Positions 12,460 through 21,996 of a stretch of DNA of 45,332 nt are shown in pieces; within the stretch, counting starts at the first letter, position 1; every line of letters starts with the position of its first letter. The translations under genes and the position numbers were made by a program. Under the pieces are notes generated by a model. The model worked only from the letters and a program-made list of their open reading frames with translations. It was not told the origin of the DNA and made no database searches. Source of the stretch: Sarea resinae (Eukaryota); contig JAPEUD010000078.1 in the NCBI GenBank assembly GCA_026026165.1, positions 62,001 through 107,332 of the forward strand. Reading direction: 5' to 3'.

Positions 12460-15400
12460 TTACGCCTCCTCTCCCGCCGCCGCCGCCGTCGCCTCGACCC
12501 AGTTCACATCCTCGTCCCTCTTACCACTACCACCGATGCGATCTCTCCTGCGGCGATAAAACAGATCCAGACAGTTGCTACGCTGAGCCGGGGTGTAGGC
12601 CTCGACGACAAGGGCGAACTCGGTCGCGGACGCGAAGCCGAACGCGCGCGCCATGGTGCAGAATTGTCGTTTTGAGACGGCCGGGGGTGGGTGGTAGAGG
12701 TGGTGGAGGCGGGTGGGTTTGGCTTTGGGTTTGGTCGTGGCGTTGAAGGGGGCGTTGAAGGGGGCGTTGTCGTCGTTGGGGGAGTGATGGGTTTGGTCGG
12801 CGGCGATGGTGGCGGTGGTAGTTACGGCGTCAGGATTGGTGTTGGAGTTGGCATCGCCGTCGCCGTCGGCAAAGACAACCTCCTCGCCCATGTCGATATC
12901 ATTGCCGGCTTCCTCGGCGCGCCGTGATAGCTGCGCTTCCACTCTCGAGGAGCCGATGACTTCCGAGTTCGAGTGCGTGTACTCGACGCCTGCGCTCGCG
13001 AGGATGGCTTCGACGACGTCCGCGGTCCGTGGCGATTTTTTGCCCTTGCTGTTGTACTTGCTGTTGCTGCTGCTGCTGCTGTGAAAGGATCCTCCTCCTC
13101 CTCCTCCTGTCGTGGGTGAGAAAGAAGCGTCGTCCTTTGATGAATCTACTGCCGCGGTATTGACGACACCTTCGCCTTCGTCGACGAGCGCCTGCAGCTG
13201 ACTGAGGACAGTCTCGTTCTCCTCGTCGTTGGCCGCATCATCCATGTCGACGTCGACGACGGCCACGCCGGCCTTGGACTCAGCGACGTTGGTCTTGTTG
13301 ACGATGTCGCGCAAGACGACGTTGTCGCCCTGGTAGGAGAACATGTTCAGCAGGCCGAAGATCTCGCCCTTGCGGCCCGAGTCCTCCTGCACGCCCTTGA
13401 AGTAGCGCCGTTCTGACGAAGCGTTGTAGCCAATGTTGGCCTGCTGCTGCTTGTAGATCTGGCGGGCATAGACAATCTCCTCGATCGTGCCGGCCGACAC
13501 GAGCCGGAACACTTCGACGTCGCGGATCTGGCCGATGCGGTAGGCCCGGTCTTGCGCCTGCAGGTCGTGCGATGGATTCCAGTTCGGGTCCACCACCACC
13601 ACTTTGTTGGCCGACGTGATGTTGAGCCCAACGCCGCCCGAGCGGATCGAGATCAGGAACACGAACTGGCGCGGATCCGAGTTGAAGTCGTCGACGGCCT
13701 TGACGCGGTCCGAGAGGCTCATGGATCCGTCCAGATAGCTGACATTGTAACTCGTGTGGTTGAACAGCACTTGGAGCATCTTCAGCAGACGGACGCTGTG
13801 GGAGAAGACGAGGACTTTGTCGCCGTTGCTATGCCAGAATCGCAACAACTTCCTGAGCACTCGCCACTTGCCGCAGAATTCGGCATTCGAGTAATTGAGG
13901 ATCGAGTCTCTGTTATGATATAGGTCCTGCCATCGGTCGGGCATGCAAGTCTGCAGTGTCTCAAGGTCCTTTTGCTGTTTCTCCCTCTGTTCCGTCCCGA
14001 TAGGTATGAGGATTGCGAGGTGGTTGGCAAGCTTCTGGAGATTCATCATAGCAGGGAACACCATATGTCGCCACGGGACCCCCGACTCCGTGTGGGTTCG
14101 ACAACACCATCCCGACTTCTTGCCGGAACCGCACTGGCATGGATCTGAATGCGTCTTGATGCAATCGACAACATCGCTGTCTAGATATCTCTCATATGCT
14201 TCTGCCTGCGTCTTTGTCAGAGCACAGAAGACAACTCGATCTGTTTTCTTCGGCAGCTGGTCGGCGATCAAAGTCTTCATTCTCCTGAGGAAAAATTCGG
14301 GAAGAAGATTTTCCACCAACTTCTTTGCCGTTTTCCGTGCCTTGCTGAGCTGATAGACTGTCGCGTCATGAGACTGTCCAATTTTGAGCGGTTCGCAGAT
14401 GCTAGTCCTCCATGTTGAGATTGGCCCAAATCTGCCTGGATTCGTCCAGTTCAGCAGTGTCCACAGTTCTTCGTATTTGTTCTGGATAGCTGTGCCGGTA
14501 AGGCCGATTCTGCAGAGAGCATTGATCTCGTTCATTGACTGGGTGATCCCAGAAGCGCGCTCTTTTATGATATGACATTCATCGGCAATGACACAATCCC
14601 ATTCAATCAGATTTATCGAGCTCTTATTCAGTCGGTACGTCGTGTAAGTCGTGATCATAATCTCCGTCCTCCCAGAGGTCGCAGCCTCAAGAGCGGCCCC
14701 CTTTTCTTTGTCGTGATACGCATCCACATGCCAAAAACCCCAGCGTCGGAACTCAGCCTTCCAATTTTCGATCAGTGACCCTGGACACACGATCAGGACC
14801 CGAGGGTACCATCTGCGACCTCCTGCACGTCTAATCTTACGCATCCTTTTGACATCCCTCTCATCTCCCGTCTTGCCAAAGGCGGCGGTCAAAAATGCGA
14901 TTACTTGGATGGTCTTTCCTAGGCCCATGTCATCTCCAAGGATCCCTCCTTTCTGGTAGATGAAAAGTTCGTGAAGGAAGGCCACCCCATCTACTTGATA
15001 ATCTCGTAGCCATTGGGCAATAGGTGCCGGAATGAGACCGAGCGAGTGAGGAAGTGGTATGTCTTCGTATGGAGCACAAGGTTTCGCTGGTAATTGGGGC
15101 TTCTCCTTCAAATGCTCAAGACTCTCATCATCCGAGAACTCGATATCGTCATAGTCCGGTGGAAGTTTTAATCCGGCCTCTTTCATGCGTTCCTTGTTAG
15201 CTTCGAATCTTTTCCTTCTATCTTGCAGATAATCCGGCAATGTATATTCCATGAGGTCGTCATCATCGGATTTGTCGCCAAAGTGCTTTGTCTTTGACTC
15301 TGTGACTTCTGGCCCCTTCTTCACTCTTTTCCCGACTCCACTGCCATTCGATCTAGGCTGGGCCTTCTTCTTACTGGCCGCTTCTCTTTTCCTCTTGACG

Positions 15401-15707
15401 CTTTTGCGGTTCTTGAATGTGGCGTAGGCCAGTTGTGGGTCGTCATCGTCTGACCATTCTACCTTGGCACCAGCTGCATGTGCAGGACGTCTACTTTCCT
15501 GAGATCTTTCACTAGAGCTACCGTCTTCGAAATCTGTTCGACCAAGCACATCAGCTTTGGCGGCATCTGTAATACGAATCAGTAGGGCTAGGCCGAGAGG
15601 ATACGTCTGTCTGACTCACTGTCGCCAGAATGGCCACCGAGTTCTCTTTTGACGACGCTGGTGATTTCCAAATCATCATCGCTTTCTGTAAGCTGATCGT
15701 CGTCCAT
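12460..15707 (-). CDS. SNF2-family DNA-repair helicase, ERCC6L2/Rad26L-like
   Basis: Helicase motifs GGILGDDMGLGKT, DECH, LTGTAIQN, GGVGLN and QAQDRAYRIGQ, plus C-terminal VIGSS.VE..LSRRA. The upstream exon 15707-15620 (MDDDQLTESDDDLE...) splices via GTGAGT..CAG (15619-15567) in frame to the 1029-aa ORF. Confidence 0.92.
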
Positions 15708-15870
15708 AGAACGATAGAGCATTCGAATGAGTCCGATAGCTGAGGTAGGTAAGAGAGCGTGCTATTTGGGTGATAGCAGTGACGTGGAGTCGTGGACGGA
15801 TGAAAGAGAGGATAGAAAATCTGAGGGGATGTCTATCACTGATGGCGAAAGCGGTATCAATCAGCGAGAA

Positions 15871-15973
15871 ACGCGTTCGGTACTGGTCGACGCGATTTAA
15901 TGGGAGATGGATGACGCTGTCAAGCTCGGCATCTTAGCTATTGTCGATAAGATAAGATAAGATCATATCGCGT
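15871..15973. promoter_or_regulatory. Cluster of MCB-like (ACGCG[T/A]) elements upstream of the SNF2 repair gene
   Basis: ACGCGT at 15871-15876, ACGCGA at 15890-15895 and TCGCGT at 15968-15973, 160-270 bp upstream of the ATG. Confidence 0.35.
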
Positions 15974-16425
15974 GTGATGGCAGTCTTCGGTAGTTAGAAT
16001 GATCGAAATTTCAACATGACAACTTGACAGGCGTTCAACATAAAGACGAAAGGGCAGCTCAGTCCATGGATTGAACATATTCGTATACAAATCACTGTAA
16101 CACGATCACAGCAAACATAGCCTACAATAAAGGCGTCTTGTATAGGCAGTCAGATCTATTATGGTAGTATATAAGGGCCCTGACGGCTTACGAGGACCCC
16201 AATGAGAGCACGTTCGCAGGGGCCATTGCTTTCGAGTAAGAGAAGGCCGAGTGGGAGATACCTGAAAGCTGTCCCCCTGACCATATATTCTTCCTGCCAG
16301 CCATTTCAATCTTCTCACTTACCTTTACCTGAATTTCTCGCCCCTCTCAACCATATATATACTTGAGACACCAGTGTTAGCGTCACTGACAATCAACATG
16401 ATCAATTTTTCAAGTCCATATTGTG

Positions 16426-16521
16426 TGCCATTGAGTCAGAGGCCTTGGGAAGATTGCATCAGCTAAGCGTCAAGCCAAGCTTCAATACGCTTCGTTTATT
16501 TCGATTTCGTCCTTCAAGGCA
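16426..16521 (-). ncRNA. Intronic box C/D snoRNA candidate 2
   Basis: Terminal stem TGCCTTGA/TCAATGGCA closes a C-like box AGGACGA (16513-16507) and D box CTGA (16439-16436). Internal TTGA (D') and TGATGCA (C'-like). D-guide TCTTCCCAAGGCC. Confidence 0.6.
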
Positions 16522-16680
16522 GTAGATTTGATAAAAGAAAAATGTGCAAAGCCTACTTCGAGAAGCGATATCAGATGTGGGGAGAATATTGCGATGTTCA
16601 GGACGTTTCTACTGCTCGAGGTATTAGTTTGCAATCCTCAAGACCAGATCATCGCTCGACGAAAACAAAGAGGTCCACGA

Positions 16681-16770
16681 GGGTTCAGAAATTAAAACAT
16701 ATTTTGCTTCCACTGCTAAGCTTGAAGCTGTAGCGTCGAGAGTTTAAGACTGATTTGTTCATCATAAAGA
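16681..16770 (-). ncRNA. Intronic box C/D snoRNA candidate 1 (LSU rRNA guide)
   Basis: C box ATGATGA (16765-16759) and D box CTGA (16688-16685). The D box is preceded by TATGTTTTAATT, 12 nt antisense to the conserved LSU rRNA AAUUAAAACAUA (recalled). Flanking stem TTGCAAATCTT/GAGGATTGCAA. Confidence 0.72.
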
Positions 16771-17373
16771 TTTGCAATGGAAAGCAGAAGGAAAAGTGCG
16801 AGATCATACCTTCATAGAACGAGGAGAACATGTAGAGCAGGCCAGCTCTGTGCTTCACGCATCGTGCAAAGAGCAGACGCCTTACCTAGCTTCTTGGCGG
16901 AGCTACTCGCCAAAGAACAATACTATCATAGATTTCGAGGTAGAAGGGATGGTATTGAACACGAAGACAAAGTGAGAGTAGGTGCAGAGGTGTAAGCTGA
17001 AAGTGAAAACGAGAAAAACAGAGGGTGGAGGTTCAGCGCGTTCAAGGTTGGTATTTATACCCGTAGCCACTGTGGGCGCAGTGGACTTTCATGAGAAGCG
17101 AGAAATTGTGAATGCATAAAGCCATGTGAAGCGCAGCACACAGCTGAAGCGAAGAGGCAGGAAATATTGGATTTCTCACTCATTCAAATGGAGGTGACAG
17201 AGTCTTTGCAATTATGAGGATGTGCTCCATTGTACAGTATGATATAGGATGTTCGTGCTGTGAAGCTACAACTATAATATCGAGAGGCGATTCTCCCAGC
17301 AAGGGGTATCTCAGAAGTCAGCCACGTACTCCAACCTAACTTTCCAATCACTGCGTATGCGCAGCTGCGTTCT

Positions 17374-19053
17374 CTATCTATTCACCCTCTTCCTGTCTCC
17401 ATCACCCCTGGAGCCCGTGAGGCTAACACCGGTACTGCTACCGCATTGGATGGTATTCGCCTCACCAGCATGCCCGTTACTCTTCGCCTCACGAGTCGAA
17501 GCCACGAGCTTGCCATCCATAGAAGACGATGCTAAAGTCTTCCGAGCCCAGCCCGTACCAACCCACAAGAGCACAACCACAGTTACAAGATCCAAAATAT
17601 GAATAGCCCACCAAATATGCTGTTTTCCAACGCCGCACGTCGAATACTCGAATTGCCATCTCCGTGCCTCGGAATCGAACCACGCGCTAAGTAAGCCTGC
17701 GTTCCCTCCAAAATCGCCCATCATGCTCCGGACTGTCACTTCCCTCACACTGGGTGAGGAGGCCTTAGTAGCAGTAGTAGTCGCTTCAGACCATCGCTGA
17801 GCTTTCCAATTGCTATTCTCCCCCTCGACAACTTGGTCGACGTAATGCAGAGTATCACACCCCTCGTGATCGTGTCCCGTAAGAATAATACCCGTTCGGC
17901 CCATACCACCTCCAGGAGCGTCCGAGTGGCCATTGAAACCAAAGACACCTTCCAGGATAGCTTTGCTGGCGTCCGGGCTGAGGTGGTTCTGCTCGCTGAT
18001 GCCGGCGCCGTACTCAGATGCGTGGAAGGCGAAGAAAGGAGAGTCGACGCAGACGCCAGGGGGTTTGCTGAGAGGAACGTGCGTGAGAAGGATGGTCGCT
18101 GATGATGAGTCCCCAACGGGGCGAGAAGACGCAATGACGTTATTTATGAAGGCGTACGTTGCTTCCTGCTCTTCTGGGTGCAGGGCCGGGGTGTCCATGT
18201 TGAGGTCGTTTAGGACAACTATTCTCAGCTCTGGCGCAATACTTGGTTCTGCGTCGGATTTGGAGTCATTGCCCGACAGCGGTAGCTGGAAGCGTATCTC
18301 CCAGTTCGGCTTTCCGAAGACCCGCGCGAATCTCTCAAGTCGCTCGGGCGTCATATCGCCAGCGTATCCAACATCGTGGTTCCCAGCAACGTTGATGATT
18401 CTGTTCTCCCATGCTTCGTCCAGACCCAAAACGTCTGTAGTAACATGTCCCGTCACATCCTCTTCTATTTTGCGTCCACCTCCAAAAACTCTGTTCCAGA
18501 AGCGCCAACCACGGCTTTCGAATTCGCTGTCTGATACCCACTGGCTGCCAATGAGATCGCCCAGGACCGTGACGTGGGTGGGCTTGGTCCACCAATGCAT
18601 CATACGGTAAATGTGAGCGAGATAGTAATCGTTTCCGAGAAGATCAAGCCGTTTGCGATATAGTTGGAAGATACGAGGGAAGTCATCACGAGTGGCGGCA
18701 GCAAAGAAGTCGCAAATTCTTGTGATATCAATCAGGCCCTTGGAGGTAGACGATGTCTGCGCCCACGACTCCCTCGCGCGGGAGAAATAGCCATCTTCAA
18801 GGTCCGGCAGAGAAGAGTCGCCCTCGAGCTGAGGATCTCCAAGAGCAAGTAAGCGGAATGGAGCGAGCGAATGATTATCGAAGTTGCCAATGTGGTGGTT
18901 CAAGGTGCTGGTCCAAGCCGACAGGGAAGACGCGTCAGGAGACGGAAAGGCGCAGCCATCAAATACCGGGTATAAATAAAGACATGCTGTGGATATCAAG
19001 GAAAGTGCGACCAGGAGCGTGGAGACGCAACGAAAGAAAAATGATACGCTCAT
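17374..19053 (-). CDS. ted1: Ted1-like ER membrane metallophosphoesterase (calcineurin-like; GPI remodelling)
   Basis: N-terminal TM segment, GDPQLEGD, GNDYYLAHIY, LGDLIGSQW, GNHDVGY, LLTHVP, GHDHEG, EVTVRSMMGDFGGN and a C-terminal TM segment. First in-frame ATG at 19053. Confidence 0.82.
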   Translation of the reverse strand: MSVSFFFRCVSTLLVALSLISTACLYLYPVFDGCAFPSPDASSLSAWTSTLNHHIGNFDNHSLAPFRLLALGDPQLEGDSSLPDLEDGYFSRARESWAQTSSTSKGLIDITRICDFFAAATRDDFPRIFQLYRKRLDLLGNDYYLAHIYRMMHWWTKPTHVTVLGDLIGSQWVSDSEFESRGWRFWNRVFGGGRKIEEDVTGHVTTDVLGLDEAWENRIINVAGNHDVGYAGDMTPERLERFARVFGKPNWEIRFQLPLSGNDSKSDAEPSIAPELRIVVLNDLNMDTPALHPEEQEATYAFINNVIASSRPVGDSSSATILLTHVPLSKPPGVCVDSPFFAFHASEYGAGISEQNHLSPDASKAILEGVFGFNGHSDAPGGGMGRTGIILTGHDHEGCDTLHYVDQVVEGENSNWKAQRWSEATTTATKASSPSVREVTVRSMMGDFGGNAGLLSAWFDSEARRWQFEYSTCGVGKQHIWWAIHILDLVTVVVLLWVGTGWARKTLASSSMDGKLVASTREAKSNGHAGEANTIQCGSSTGVSLTGSRGDGDRKRVNR

Positions 19054-19495
19054 AGAGACATGAATAGATCTGGAAATCAAGGGAATGATAATTCAAGAAG
19101 ACGGGATGTAAGGGGTTTTGATTTCTACTGGCGCGACCTGCGTACAACCGCGCGGCTGGCATCCATGCCACAATGCCTTCACATGAAGATGGTCATTTGC
19201 ATAACCTCATTCGGCACTTTTCACGGATGAAATTGACTACGTCTTTGGCAGTAGTGAATGAATTGTTTTGAGTTTTCCATTGACAAGATCTACATATTGG
19301 GCTTCCGGGTGTTGCTGTATCAGTGGACTTCGAGATCATCCTCATATCCACCAAAATACGCCAGTTGCGCTGTCATGTCATATTCAATCTTCGTTCAATA
19401 CGATTTGTCGCCAAGTGATTTTTATTTAATAACCACGAGACTAGATGCAATGGCCGCCGTCACGTCAAAACCCGAAAAAGTCATGAAAACCCGCT

Positions 19496-20234
19496 CTACA
19501 TCACCACACCGGAGTTGCTGGCAATACGCTGCAAAGTGTTAGTTATGCGCAGTTTTGAATGGAATTGTGTTACTGACCGGCCACAACTCTGCTGCCTCCT
19601 TTCCGACCGGTCCAGTAATAGCTGAGCCCTTCATCTCACCCTTCGGGTTGACGATCTATCTCCATCGTTAGTCTGCATTGCCTCATGATCCAGGCATTCA
19701 GAGGTTCTCCAAGAGACTCAAGTGTGCCCATTCCCAGCTGCGAAGCACTCACCACTCCAGCATTGTCCTCGAAGTAAAGGAAGACACCATCCGCTCTTCT
19801 CCATGGCTTGCTCTGTCGGACCACAACCGCGGGCATGACCTTCTTCCTCAGTTCTGGCTTTCCCTTCTTAACGGTGGCCATGACCATATCACCCACACCG
19901 GCCGCTGGCAGACGGTTGAGGCGGGCACCGATGCCCTTGACGGAGATGATGTACAAATTCCGGGCGCCGGAGTTGTCGCAGCAGTTCATCACCGCACCGC
20001 TGTACAAGAATTAGTCTTCGAAATTTCGAGGTCGAGCAAAGAAGATCGGGAGGCGACGTACACTGGCAGACCCAGGGTCATCTTAAGCTTGTTGCCGGAG
20101 GCACCGCCGCGACTAAAGAAGAGACGTCAGTTTCCAATACTATTTTCCCCGTGGCCCTCATGTCGATATCGAGCCGATCAAAAGCGCAAGCCGCATGCCG
20201 CATTCAGGGGGAGACCATACCCTCTCTTAGACAT
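19496..20234 (-). CDS. rpl23: 60S ribosomal protein L23 (uL14)
   Basis: Exons 20234-20221, 20112-20062, 19999-19753, 19655-19578, 19528-19496. They give [37 protein letters not shown]...[43 protein letters not shown]. Confidence 0.98.
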
Positions 20235-21996
20235 CTTGAATGTATTTGTCGATGAACCTGCTTTGGGGAAAGTTGAGGGCTGTCGTGGTTGTCGTCGTTT
20301 CCAGCTGAGAATATGGAATTCAAGATGTGCGCGGATGCGAAGTCTTGGCGGTTAAGCGAGACGAGGTGTGGGAAAAAGCAGTCCAGGTGGTCCTCGATGT
20401 GGTTGATTACCCGATTCGGTCGAGTGGGTACCTCAGTACTACCGCCTCCTCCAGGGTACTCTGACTACATCGTACTGCAAACTAGGTACTAGGTACTAGG
20501 TACCTTACTTGTCTTACTAGGTACCTAGGTACACTCCGTAGTTTGTACAGAGTACTGCCTGTACGATGTAGAAGTATTGCTCCCGCGAAGGTCCCTCGGT
20601 CCAGTAGCTATGGAACATTGGAGTCACGTCCTGATTCCTCCTGATGAGGTGCAGGCTTTTGATTGCTCTGGCCGACTCCTACATCGTGCAAGGTGCATGA
20701 TATGGATACGCAGTACCTACCTACCTGTATTTGATAGTAGACTCCTCCAGCTACGTGCCTTAGTACGAGTACGCTGGACCCCACGGACTCGAAACACGAT
20801 GGTGACGGCTCCCGTCTTCGGTCTTGGAGCTTCCTCTTCCTTCCTCGTGGGCGCACCAGACTACTATGTAGAGTTCTTGTACCAGGCCATGGCTGGGAAG
20901 GTGGTGATGCATCCATCATGGATGGCTACAATGGATCCAATACGCAGTCAGTATCAAATCCCATGCCATCTGCACCCCATCGGCACCTCGTCTGCACCTC
21001 ATCGGCAACCTCCAGGGCTCTCTCTCTTCTGGTCTTCCTGGCGAATCCACTGGCTCGGCTGTTCGCTGAAACCTCACCCTCCAACTCCTACTGCAACTGC
21101 TACTTCAAGCTACATACTGTGCAGCACTGCACTTTAATCATCTGCTCCTGTGCAAGGGAAGGAAGGTACTGCGCAGTACCACATACTACTGCGGACTACT
21201 TCGTACGCGGATTTGACTGCGCTGCGCTGCACTGCACTGCACTGCACGGGATGGCTCTGTCGGCGGCCTTTCACTCCCGAGGGCGCTATGGTTACCTCCG
21301 ATGTCTCTTCCAATAGGCCACGACAGGTAGGCCAACCGGTCCATATGGCTTTCGACTTGCGACCCTTCCCCCCTTCCTCCCCCCCCCTACCCCCCCAGTC
21401 TGCTCTCCCTGTCTCCCTCCATTCCAGCATTTGCCTTTTGCCTTCGTGGGGCTTTTCCCTACATACTCCGTACTATCCGTAACCTCTGTCGAAAAGAATC
21501 TGAAATCGTGTCCTTCTGCCTTCCTTTGAATCATTGCTCAACTCTTCATCGTGATGCTTGTTATTCCCTTCCAAGGCTCTATCTAGGACCGTGATAGCCT
21601 CATCGACCTTGTCGGTCGCCTACCTATCAGTGCAGATCACGAGTGACGCAGTACGTCCTTCTTTGCTGATCGGATAACTCCACTTTCCGACACAGGCCCC
21701 TTCTTGCGACCAAGGACGCGCCACGATCTTTCGGCGGCGTGCCTGTCTGCCTTCAGTCTACCTGCCTAGGCCTTCCAAACCGCGAAACTCAAGCCTCGTA
21801 ATCAGATCAGACCGTACCGCTTTCTCATCCTCGAGTTCTCTCCAGATGACATAGTGGCGATCGCTCTCGGACTTCGGATTGGAAAGCTTGCGCAGACCAT
21901 TCCCCGAATTTGACGGCGCAATCGTATTCACGATAATTACTGCAAAAGATGCGACGCTAGGACTGCATAGAAATATCACCATCCGCCGTCGCAACG

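Larger units (their letters stand above)
16100..17060 (-). ncRNA. Putative non-protein-coding, spliced snoRNA host transcript (ends approximate)
   Basis: TATAAATA at ~17059-17052 followed by a CT-rich tract. Three canonical-looking introns: 16809-16612 (GTATGA..ACTAAT..CAG), 16556-16362 (GTAGGC..GCTAAC..AAG) and 16328/16322-16137 (GTAAAG/GTAAGT..CTGAC..AAG). Exons are short, with no credible ORF. Confidence 0.6.

Noticed and set aside
16828..16935. Two hairpins followed by ACA in the first exon of the snoRNA host (H/ACA-like)
   Set aside because: No ANANNA hinge lies between the hairpins and the pocket-to-ACA spacing is wrong.
20631..20660. CTGATGA within a hairpin (hammerhead ribozyme core?)
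   Set aside because: No stem II-GAAA or stem III-NUH arrangement follows.
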